Part shown: positions 7,732 through 15,578 of the stretch, piece after piece
Numbering within the stretch: the first letter of the stretch is position 1
How the letters are laid out: each line of letters begins with the position of its first letter
Source: Candidatus Sumerlaeia bacterium
GTDB taxonomy: Bacteria > Sumerlaeota > Sumerlaeia > SLMS01
Reading direction: 5' to 3'
DNA length: 16,399 nucleotides
Assembly: GCA_038208905.1 (NCBI GenBank)
Contig: JBBQYG010000086.1
Location: 1-16,399 of the forward strand
The notes under the pieces: generated by a model
Database searches by the model: none
Told to the model about the DNA's origin: nothing
What the model saw: the letters and a program-made list of their open reading frames with translations, nothing else
Program-made: the position numbers and the translations under genes

Positions 7732-8127
7732 ATGTTCAAGCAAGAGCACCTAACAGGACACCGCATTATGGTGATGGACGACACGCCGGCCAACGTGGCC
7801 CTCATGCAGAAGGTTCTGGAAGTCTGGGGTTTCAAGCAAGTGCGCTGCCTCATGGACCCGCGCGAGTTCATGACCGTTTTCCACGAATTCCGCCCCCAGC
7901 TCCTTTTCCTCGATTTCAAGATGCCATTCATCGATGGGCTCCAGATTCTCGCCAGCATGGGGCTCGAGGAAGACGCGTTCAGCCACACGAAAGTGATCAT
8001 GCTTTCCGGGGATGTGGACGAGGAGACCATTTCTCTCGCCCAGTCGCTGGGGGCGGCCGACTACGTCACCAAGCCATTCACCATCGATACGCTCAAACAG
8101 CGCGTGATGCGCGCCATCGAGGGATAG
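7732..8127 (+). CDS. Single-domain response regulator (CheY-like receiver)
   Basis: 131 aa. Motifs IMVMDD, FLDFKMPFIDG (phospho-Asp), MLSG and YVTKPF. Good RBS, 11 nt after the kinase stop. Confidence 0.9.
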   Translation: MFKQEHLTGHRIMVMDDTPANVALMQKVLEVWGFKQVRCLMDPREFMTVFHEFRPQLLFLDFKMPFIDGLQILASMGLEEDAFSHTKVIMLSGDVDEETISLAQSLGAADYVTKPFTIDTLKQRVMRAIEG

Positions 8128-8179
8128 CCACCGGCGGATTCCCTTTGAGTCCCGGCCTCGCCCGGTCCCTCCTCACGCT

Positions 8180-9346
8180 GTGTCCCGATCCCGAGTCTCC
8201 CATCGCCGCGTGGCGCTCCTGGTTGCCAACCTCGACCCCGGTGGCACGGAGTGCCAGGCCGCCGATCTTGCCTGCCGCCTCCCCGCCGCCGGATGGAGCC
8301 CCGTTGTCATCGTGGCGGGCGCTTCGGAGGGAGCCCTCCGCGCGAGGCTCGACGCCTCCTCGATTCCCGTTCATGCGCTCGGCGCCGCTCTCTCCGGCGG
8401 GATGACATCCCCGCGCTTCTGGGCGGGCCTGATGTCAGCCATTCACCGCCTGGCAGGCATCTGTCGCCGGGAGCGCATCGCAATCCTCCAATCGTTCCTC
8501 TTCTGGGAAAACCAGATCGCCATTCCCGCCGCCGCGCTCGCAACCAACGTGCGGGCGGTAGTCACAGGGCGGAGGAATCTGGGACGCTTCAAGGACTCGC
8601 GGGCGCACTACCAGACCATCGAGAACTGGACGAATCCGCTGAGCGCCGCCATCGTCTGCAATTCCCTCGCGGTGCGATCGGATGTGATCGCCCGCGAGGC
8701 GGTGGCGGACCACCGGCTTCGCGTGATTCCAAACGGCCTCAACGCGGAGCGATTCGCCACCGCCGCGCCCGAGCCGGCCGATGGCCTGCTTCCGACCGAC
8801 TGGGCCGATGCGTTCGTCGTTGGCTGCGTTGGGAACCTCAAGCCTCAGAAGCGGCATGATATCCTTCTCGAAGCCGCCGCGATCGCCCAGCGCGAGTTGC
8901 CATCGCTCCGACTTGCCATCGTCGGAAGGGATCTGGGAGAGCGCGCCGAGTTGGAAACGCAGTGCCGTCGGCTTGGCATCGAGAATTTGGTGCGGTTCAC
9001 TGGAGAAGTGCGCGATCCCGCGCCGCTGTTCCGCCGGTTCTCGGCCTTTGCCTCCGCCAGCGATTTCGAGGGCCTCTCCAACGCCATGCTGGAGGCGATG
9101 GCCGCCGGGTGCCCCGTGATCGCGACCCCTGCCGGGGGAGCGGGCGAGGTTCTGCGCGATGGTCGGGAAGGAATCTCGATTCCCCATGGCGACCCCGGCG
9201 CCCTGGCGGCGGCGATCCTCCGACTTCACCGCGATCCGGACCTCGCGCGACGGCTCGCCGCCGCCGCCCAGAGGCGCGTTGCGGAGCGTTACGGATTTGA
9301 CCGCCTCGCGAGCGCCCACGCCGAACTCTATGAATCGCTGCTCTAG
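8180..9346 (+). CDS. Glycosyltransferase family 4 (GT-B, RfaB-like)
   Basis: 388 aa. N-terminal LDPGGTE, then VCNS, VIPNG, VGNLKPQKRH, and the EX7E motif EGLSNAMLEAMAAGCPVIAT. The GTG start is uncertain and no clear RBS was seen. Confidence 0.88.
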   Translation: MSRSRVSHRRVALLVANLDPGGTECQAADLACRLPAAGWSPVVIVAGASEGALRARLDASSIPVHALGAALSGGMTSPRFWAGLMSAIHRLAGICRRERIAILQSFLFWENQIAIPAAALATNVRAVVTGRRNLGRFKDSRAHYQTIENWTNPLSAAIVCNSLAVRSDVIAREAVADHRLRVIPNGLNAERFATAAPEPADGLLPTDWADAFVVGCVGNLKPQKRHDILLEAAAIAQRELPSLRLAIVGRDLGERAELETQCRRLGIENLVRFTGEVRDPAPLFRRFSAFASASDFEGLSNAMLEAMAAGCPVIATPAGGAGEVLRDGREGISIPHGDPGALAAAILRLHRDPDLARRLAAAAQRRVAERYGFDRLASAHAELYESLL

Positions 9347-9352
9347 CCACCG

Positions 9353-10516
9353 ATGACAAGGCGCCACCGCATCGTTTTCGTCATTGGATCGCTCCGCGAG
9401 GGCGGCGCGGAGGGTCAGTTGCTCCACCTCGCGCACGGCTTGCGGAGTCGTGGCTGGCGCGTCTCCATCATGCTTCTGCGAAGCGAGGGCGCGCGCCTCG
9501 AGGCGGCGCAGCGGGAGGGGCTCCCGATCTTCCACGTTGGACTGCCCCGGTTTCGTCCGCTTTGGAATCCGGTTCCCTGGCTGCGGCTGCTGAGTTGCTG
9601 GCGTAGGTCCGCGCAGCACCTCGCGCGAGAGCGGCCACACGTACTCCACGCGTGGCTCTTCTGGGCTCACCTGTGGGCATGGCTGATTCTGCCGGCGGCG
9701 CGCGGCGCGGCTTTTGTTACCAGCAGGCGCCAAACGTGGTCCGATGTTCCCGCCAGCGCGCCAATCCGGTGGATAGCCCGGCGTATAGACAAGGCGTCCA
9801 CCCTTGTCATCGCAAACGCGCGCGCGGTAGCCGAGGTGGCCATGGCGGGAAATCCGGCGATTCGCCGGAAGTTGCGCGTGATACCCAATGGAATCGACCT
9901 AGCGGCGATCTCCGCGGCCAATGCCGCCGATCTGCGCGCCGAGTTTCCATCGCTGCGGGATTGCACGACCATCGCAATCACAGTCGCCAACTTGCTCCCG
10001 CACAAGGGCTACGAAGACCTGATCGAGGCATGGCGAACGGTGGCGATCCAGCATCCCGACGCGGGCATTGTGTGCATCGGTGCCGACGGCGGAATGCAGC
10101 GCGACCTCCAGCGCCGCATCGACAAGTTTCGCCTGGGCAAGAGGGTCGTCCTCGCTGGACCTCGTGCGGAAGTCATTCCTCTCCTCAAGGGCGCCGACTT
10201 CGCAGTGCACGCCAGCCGCGACGAGGGATTCAGCAACGCCGTGCTCGAGTACCTTGCCTGTGGCCTCGCCGTCGTCGCGACGCGAGCGGGTGGCACCGCC
10301 GAAGCAGTCGAGGATGGCGTCACTGGATTTCTCTGCCCGGTTGCGTCCCCCGCGGAACTCGCCCTGGCGATCCAGCGAATCCTGGAATCCCCAAGCCGCC
10401 GAGTGATGGGCGCGCGTGCCGCGGAGGAGATGCGCCGCCGCTATCCGCTCGCCCGGATGGTGATCCGCCACGAGCGAGTATATACAACACTTGTCCAGAA
10501 GCGAAAACAGCGATGA
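9353..10516 (+). CDS. Glycosyltransferase family 4 (GT-B, RfaB-like)
   Basis: 387 aa. Motifs LREGGAE, VIANA, VIPNGID, VANLLPHKGY, EX7E motif EGFSNAVLEYLACGLAVVAT, and DGVTG. Starts 6 nt after the previous stop. Confidence 0.9.
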   Translation: MTRRHRIVFVIGSLREGGAEGQLLHLAHGLRSRGWRVSIMLLRSEGARLEAAQREGLPIFHVGLPRFRPLWNPVPWLRLLSCWRRSAQHLARERPHVLHAWLFWAHLWAWLILPAARGAAFVTSRRQTWSDVPASAPIRWIARRIDKASTLVIANARAVAEVAMAGNPAIRRKLRVIPNGIDLAAISAANAADLRAEFPSLRDCTTIAITVANLLPHKGYEDLIEAWRTVAIQHPDAGIVCIGADGGMQRDLQRRIDKFRLGKRVVLAGPRAEVIPLLKGADFAVHASRDEGFSNAVLEYLACGLAVVATRAGGTAEAVEDGVTGFLCPVASPAELALAIQRILESPSRRVMGARAAEEMRRRYPLARMVIRHERVYTTLVQKRKQR

Positions 10517-12108
10517 CGCCACTCTATCGTCGGGCGCTGATGGCCATCCTAGTTGTCGGACTCCTGCTTCGGCTGGGCGTGCTGCTTCGCCCGCTGGGCG
10601 CGCTCGATGGGTTGGCAATCCCGGACGATTGCTATCTCTCCCTTGAGATCGCCAAGAATATCGGCCTCGGCAACGGGCCTCTGCACGGACGCGAATTCAC
10701 CAACGGATTCCAGCCGCTCTATGTTTTCCTCGCGGCGCCGATTTTCGCGGTGCTTGGCCCCGCTTACATTCAGGACATCGTAGTCTTGGATTTCGCAGTC
10801 AAATCAGCGCTCACAATACTGATGCTCTTTGACATGGCGACAGGTGTCTTGTTGGCCGCGTATCTGGGGCGCAAGTTTGGCTGGTCCACCGCGACCTTGT
10901 GTGGGGTCACCACATGGATGGCCCATCCGACCGTGCTGGCAACGAGCGCAAACGGCTTGGAAACCAGCATGGCGGTCACATTCCTCATGTCGAGCCTGCT
11001 CCTCTACGAGTTGGTGCTCGCGAATCCGGGGAGCAGGCGGTGGATGGCATTGCTCGGGGTGTCCTTCGGCTTGGGATGCCTCGCTCGCATTGATCACTTC
11101 CTGTTGGGTGGGATCATCGGGTTTCACTATCTGTTCACGGCGATCCGGGGACGTGGTCCGGCCACCCGAACGGTGCCGTTTTATGCCGTTGTTGGAGCCT
11201 GTTTTCTCGCCGTCTATACGCCGTGGCTCTTCTACTCATGGCACTATACCGGTCAGCTCTACCCGGTCAGTGGGCGCGCCGTTAGGAATATTGCGATCAA
11301 TAATGCCAACGGATACATCGACGCCGCGTTCCATCGCTGGGTGATGGGACTGGGCCTCGCGCGAATCTGGGACAACTCGCCGATTCACCTGGTTCTGTTG
11401 CCTGTCTTTGGTGGCATTGCCGCCGTGATAGCCCGCGGGCGGATCGGTGGTGTCCTGCGGTCAATTGCCATTCCGCTGTGCTTCGTTTCGGGACTCTATC
11501 TCGCATATACCTTGTATATACTTGGCTACTGGTTCTTCGACCGCTACTTATTCCCAGTTCTGCTGGTCTTGATTATTGCACTCGTCGGACTGATGTCAGT
11601 GGTCGAGCCTGCCGTGAGATTCGCCGATCGACGCCTTTTCGCGAAGGGAGCCGTGGGGTTGGCGCTGCTGGCCTGCGCCGCCCATCCGCTCTTCTTGCAA
11701 CTCTTCCTATCGGGGAACGATCCCAACGCGGGGTATCGCAACCCCGCATTGTGGGTCAGGAACTATGCCCCGCCGGGGGCCATCCTGGGCGTTCCCCAGT
11801 CGGGCGCCATGGCCTATTATCGCAACGGTTACGAGGTACTGAACCTGGATGGCGTGGTGAATCAACGGGCCTATGCGGCCCTTCGGGAAACTCGCCTGCA
11901 GGAGTACATAGCCGAGCAACGCATCACCATGATCGTCGGCTGGCCGGCGGATATCGACTTCATCAAAAAGAACTCGAGCGCGGAGGGCTTCTCCGCGCTC
12001 GAGTATTCCGGTACGATTCCTGTCTTCCGGTCCTGGGGCCAGCCTTGGCTTGTCTATACAGTCGAGCCTCAGCCGAGCACCTTGCCCCAGCCCGCCGTGG
12101 CCGACTGA
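10513..12108 (+). CDS. Polytopic membrane protein, probable GT-C fold glycosyltransferase (ArnT/PMT-like superfamily)
   Basis: ATG at 10513 overlaps the upstream TGA (ATGA); 531 aa. TM1 is followed by an acidic DD motif in the first loop (IPDDCYLSLEIAKNIGLGNG...TNGFQPLY), then many hydrophobic helices. NGLET, LARID and FDRYLFP motifs, and a soluble C-terminal domain with LNLDGVVN. The CDS is secure; the function is inferred. Confidence 0.7.
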   Translation: MTPLYRRALMAILVVGLLLRLGVLLRPLGALDGLAIPDDCYLSLEIAKNIGLGNGPLHGREFTNGFQPLYVFLAAPIFAVLGPAYIQDIVVLDFAVKSALTILMLFDMATGVLLAAYLGRKFGWSTATLCGVTTWMAHPTVLATSANGLETSMAVTFLMSSLLLYELVLANPGSRRWMALLGVSFGLGCLARIDHFLLGGIIGFHYLFTAIRGRGPATRTVPFYAVVGACFLAVYTPWLFYSWHYTGQLYPVSGRAVRNIAINNANGYIDAAFHRWVMGLGLARIWDNSPIHLVLLPVFGGIAAVIARGRIGGVLRSIAIPLCFVSGLYLAYTLYILGYWFFDRYLFPVLLVLIIALVGLMSVVEPAVRFADRRLFAKGAVGLALLACAAHPLFLQLFLSGNDPNAGYRNPALWVRNYAPPGAILGVPQSGAMAYYRNGYEVLNLDGVVNQRAYAALRETRLQEYIAEQRITMIVGWPADIDFIKKNSSAEGFSALEYSGTIPVFRSWGQPWLVYTVEPQPSTLPQPAVAD

Positions 12109-13295
12109 ACGCGGATCGGCAGGCCCTGGATGCGCAGGAAGCCCGTGCTGTCGTCCTGGTTGAAGCTGCCACCGCCCTCCATCGTCGCGATGGCCTCGCT
12201 GTAGAGCGAGAACGGCGACTTGCGGGAGAGCGGGGTCACGTTGCCCTTGTAGAGCTTCGCGGTGACTTCGCCCGTCACGCGCTTCTGGCCCTCCTTGATG
12301 AACGCCAGCAGAGAGTCCATCTTGCGGCAATACCAGAAACCGTAGTACACCAGCTCGGCGACTTCGGGGGCCAACCGGTCGCGCAGGTGCATCAGCTCGC
12401 GGTCCATGGTAAGTTGCTCCAGCCAGCGATGCGTGTTGTAGAGGATCGTCATGCCCGGCGCCTCGTAGACGCCGCGGCTCTTCATGCCGACAAAGCGGTT
12501 CTCCACCATGTCGATGATGCCGACGCCGTTGCGGCCGCCGATCTCGTTGAGGAGCCTGACGATCTCATAGGCGCTATCGATGCGCTCGCCGTTGAGGGAG
12601 ATGGGGAGGCCGTCCTCATAGCCAACCGTCACTGATTCCGGCTTATCGGGCGCGTCCTCGGGGCGGACGGCGAGGTCGAACTTGGGAATGCTGATGCCCT
12701 CGATCTCCGGGTCCTCCAGCACGCCGGCCTCATAGCTGATGTGCAGGCAGTTTTCGTCGGAAGAATACGGCGCCGCCGTCGTGGCCTTGATGGGAATGTT
12801 GTGCTTGGCGGAGTAGGCGATCAGCTCCGTGCGGCCGGGGAACTCCTTGCGGAATTCGGCGTCGCGCCAAGGGGCGATGATCTCCACGCCCGGCATCAAG
12901 GCCTCGGCGGTAAGCTGGAAACGGCACTGGTCGTTCCCCTTGCCGGTGGCGCCGTGGGCAAACGCGTTGCCGCCGACCTTCTTCGCAACCTCAAGGCAGG
13001 CCTTGGCGATGATCGGGCGCGCGATGGAGGTGCCCATTAGATAGACCGACTCGTACTTGGAATCCCACTGGAGCGTCGGGAAGGCGTAGTCCCGGCACAA
13101 CTCCTCGCGCTTGTTCAGGTTGTGAAAGCTCGCCGCGCCACACATCTTGGCCTTGCTCTCGATCTGCGCGATATCGTCGCAGGGCTGGCCCACATCCACA
13201 TACGCCGCGTGGACGGTGTGCCCCTTCTCCACAAGCCACTTGAGGATGACCGAGGTGTCGAGACCGCCCGAATAGGCGAGAACGGCGTTTGCCAT
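12069..13295 (-). CDS. argG: Argininosuccinate synthase
   Basis: 408 aa from ATG 13295, with GGGAG upstream. Motifs LAYSGGLDTS (PP-loop), YLMGTSIARP, AHGATGKGNDQCRF, YSSDENCLHISYEAG, DMVENRFVGMKSRGVYEAPG, LYKGN and GFLRI. Confidence 0.97.
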   Translation of the reverse strand: MANAVLAYSGGLDTSVILKWLVEKGHTVHAAYVDVGQPCDDIAQIESKAKMCGAASFHNLNKREELCRDYAFPTLQWDSKYESVYLMGTSIARPIIAKACLEVAKKVGGNAFAHGATGKGNDQCRFQLTAEALMPGVEIIAPWRDAEFRKEFPGRTELIAYSAKHNIPIKATTAAPYSSDENCLHISYEAGVLEDPEIEGISIPKFDLAVRPEDAPDKPESVTVGYEDGLPISLNGERIDSAYEIVRLLNEIGGRNGVGIIDMVENRFVGMKSRGVYEAPGMTILYNTHRWLEQLTMDRELMHLRDRLAPEVAELVYYGFWYCRKMDSLLAFIKEGQKRVTGEVTAKLYKGNVTPLSRKSPFSLYSEAIATMEGGGSFNQDDSTGFLRIQGLPIRVQSATAGWGKVLG

Positions 13296-13302
13296 GTGGA
13301 AA

Positions 13303-13307
13303 CTCCC
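13303..13307 (-). promoter_or_regulatory. Shine-Dalgarno site of argG
   Basis: The minus strand reads GGGAG-TTTCCAC-ATG, a 7 nt spacer. Confidence 0.55.
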
Positions 13308-13442
13308 AGTTTGGAGAACGATAGCCGGAAAGCCCCCCGGCGCGCGCCGTATGGAGCGCGTGGCGGCGCGGCGGGTCAAGGGAAGCGCGCGGCGGTTACT
13401 TTGCAGTTGCCTACGGCGCGGGCGTCGATTGCCATGCTTTCC

Positions 13443-14342
13443 ATGCCCCGCCGCCTCCCCATTACCGCCATCGTCCCCACGCGCAACGAGGCCGGGAACC
13501 TTGCCGCCTGCCTGAAGTCGCTGCGGTTCTGCGATCAGGTGATCGTCGTTGATTCCGCCAGCACCGACTCCACCCTCCGCATTGCGGCGCAGCACGGCGC
13601 CGAAGTCCATCAATTCGCCTACTCAGGCGGACTGCCGAGAAAGCGCCAGTGGGCGATGGACAATCTGCCGATCCGGAATCGGTGGACGCTGCTCATCGAC
13701 GCCGACGAGCGCGTAACCCCCGCGCTCCGGCGCGAGCTTGCGGAGATCGCCACGGCCGACGGCCCCGCGGATGGCTATTGGATCACCCTTCGGCTCGTGT
13801 TCATGGGTCGGGAGCTGCGCCACGGTGGCTCGGGTCTGCGAAAGCTCTCCTTCTTTCGCACAGGGCGCGGGCGGTTCGAATGCCTTTTCGCGGAGCAGGA
13901 CGCCCGCATGTCGGATGTGGAGATTCACGAGCACGTCATCGTGGACGGCCTGGAGGGCCAGTGCCGCGCGGCGATGCGGCACGAGAACGTCCACTCGCTT
14001 CATCGCTACATCGAGAAGCACAACGAATACTCCACATGGTCTGCGGAGCTTGCGCTACGGCGCCGCCGGGGAGAGCGGGGGAGCGACGAGCGCAAGCCAT
14101 CGCTCTTTGGCAACCAGGCCGAGCGTCGCCGCTGGATCATGGACCGGCTGTGGAGCCTGCCCTATGGCGGCGTCCTGTTACCGGTCATGCGCTTTGCCTA
14201 TTTCTACATCCTCAAGCTGGGCATTCTGGACGGCGTGCCGGGCCTCTACTACTGCGGCTTCAAGGCGGTTCAAGCCTTTCACATCATGGCAAAAGTGCGC
14301 GAGGCGGAGTCAGCCCGCGCGCGCGGCGAATCGATCCGCTGA
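13443..14342 (+). CDS. Glycosyltransferase family 2 (WaaE/LgtF-like beta-1,4-glucosyltransferase type)
   Basis: Motifs ITAIVPTRNEAGNLAACLKS, VVDSASTDST, the DxD motif LLIDADERV, IHEH, YIEKHNEYS and LGILDG. Start is ATG 13443 (299 aa) or ATG 13434. The ORF-track extension to 13122 overlaps argG and is rejected. Confidence 0.88.
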   Translation: MPRRLPITAIVPTRNEAGNLAACLKSLRFCDQVIVVDSASTDSTLRIAAQHGAEVHQFAYSGGLPRKRQWAMDNLPIRNRWTLLIDADERVTPALRRELAEIATADGPADGYWITLRLVFMGRELRHGGSGLRKLSFFRTGRGRFECLFAEQDARMSDVEIHEHVIVDGLEGQCRAAMRHENVHSLHRYIEKHNEYSTWSAELALRRRRGERGSDERKPSLFGNQAERRRWIMDRLWSLPYGGVLLPVMRFAYFYILKLGILDGVPGLYYCGFKAVQAFHIMAKVREAESARARGESIR

Positions 14343-15578
14343 GAACGGGCCGATTGGTTGGCCCTTAGCCACGGTGCCGATGAGCGCCTGTGCCAACACG
14401 CGATGGAATCCGAGTCCGTAGCCCGAGAGCCCCACGGCAAAGGACACCCGCTCCTCATAGCCCGGCAGGAATCCCGCCATCGGAATACCGTCGGGCGACA
14501 TGCCAAGGATTCCCTGCCAGCGATGCAGCACCTCATACTCGCCGCGCGCGATCAGGCGCGGCAGCATCGTGGATTCAAGGTAGCGCAGGATGGTCTCATT
14601 CTCCGTCAAATCCCACGTCGTCTCCGTCTCCTTGTCGTGATTCCGCCCCCCGCCAAGCAGGAACAGGCCACCGGGCAGCGCTCGCCAATAATCGTAGCCA
14701 TCATTGGAGTAGTAGATGCCATCGCCCCACCGCTCCAGCGCGGTCGGATCCGTCGCACGCGCCAGCACGACCTGATTGCGCGCGGGTACGATGCGAAGTC
14801 TCGTCGAGAACTGCTGGTCGATGAACGGAGAGAAGGCATTGGAGGCGAGGATCAGATGCTCCGCCTCCAGCGTCCCTTGGCTCGTCTCGATCAGAAGGCG
14901 CTCCCCATCTGCTCTGATCCCGCCGGGTGCCAGTACGCAGTCGCTTGTATATCCCACTCCACTCGCCCGGAGCAGCGCCGCCACGTAGAGCACGGGATTA
15001 ATGCCGATGTCCGCGGGCTGATGGACGCATTCGAAGAATCCGTCGCCCGCGGGCGGATGCGACGAGTGCAGTGCGAAGCCATCCACGCCCGCGGCCCCCA
15101 GCAGTTCCATGCACTGGCGCAGGCGTCCGCCCTCTTCCTCCGACGCCGCGAGGAAGAAGCTGCCTCCCGGCTGATGCCACAGGCCGTTTCCAACCACAAA
15201 CTCGCGGACCAGCGCGCGGTTGCGCTCGTTGAGGCGTATCAGCTCGTGCGAGCCTGCCTCGCCGAAGTCTCGCCGCCAATCCAGAATCTCCGCCCCGGGA
15301 AAGCTCAGGACAAAACCCGCGTTGCGTCCTGATGCGCCAAAGGCCAAGTGCGCGGCCTCAAGGATGGCGATGTCGTCGGCGGGAACTCCCGCCAGCGTCA
15401 ATTCCAGCGCCACAGCGCCACCTGTGATGCCCAGGCCCGCGATGGCGTACTTCGCACGGCGGGGGAGTGGCCGCCCCGCAGGCAGCGCATCGCGATCCGC
15501 CGACCGCTGCCAGTGCGACGCCCAGCGGTTCTGCTCCGCAAAGAGCTTCTCGGCGCCCGGTATCTCAGAGTTCGGCAT
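14310..15578 (-). CDS. FAD-dependent oxidoreductase, DAO/DadA/PuuB-like family
   Basis: 422 aa. Dinucleotide-binding AIAGLGITG, ILEA, GASGRNAGF, ILASNAF, YWR..PGGLFLLGG, WQGILGMSPDGIPMAG and GLSGYGLG. Substrate unknown. Confidence 0.85.
   Translation of the reverse strand: MPNSEIPGAEKLFAEQNRWASHWQRSADRDALPAGRPLPRRAKYAIAGLGITGGAVALELTLAGVPADDIAILEAAHLAFGASGRNAGFVLSFPGAEILDWRRDFGEAGSHELIRLNERNRALVREFVVGNGLWHQPGGSFFLAASEEEGGRLRQCMELLGAAGVDGFALHSSHPPAGDGFFECVHQPADIGINPVLYVAALLRASGVGYTSDCVLAPGGIRADGERLLIETSQGTLEAEHLILASNAFSPFIDQQFSTRLRIVPARNQVVLARATDPTALERWGDGIYYSNDGYDYWRALPGGLFLLGGGRNHDKETETTWDLTENETILRYLESTMLPRLIARGEYEVLHRWQGILGMSPDGIPMAGFLPGYEERVSFAVGLSGYGLGFHRVLAQALIGTVAKGQPIGPFSADRFAARAG

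Noticed and set aside
8131..8156. Weak hairpin after the receiver gene (GGATTC/GAGTCC core)
   Set aside because: The stem is short and imperfect and has no U-tract, so it is not a convincing intrinsic terminator.
9652..10512. N-terminal 287 aa of the 818 aa ORF in the track
   Set aside because: It is an alternate-frame read through the second GT4 gene and is Arg/Pro-rich with no motifs. The real start is ATG 10513, which overlaps the GT4 stop.
13296..13442. Candidate promoters (TTGACC on the minus strand, TTGCCT...CATGCT on the plus strand) and ARG boxes
   Set aside because: The -35/-10 spacing is non-canonical (about 20 nt) and no AT-rich ARG-box palindrome is present.
13122..13613. Long N-terminal extensions of argG (to 13613) and of the GT2 (to 13122)
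   Set aside because: They overlap each other on opposite strands. Family homology begins at MANAVLAYSGG (13295, with an RBS) and at MPRRLPITAIVP (13443).
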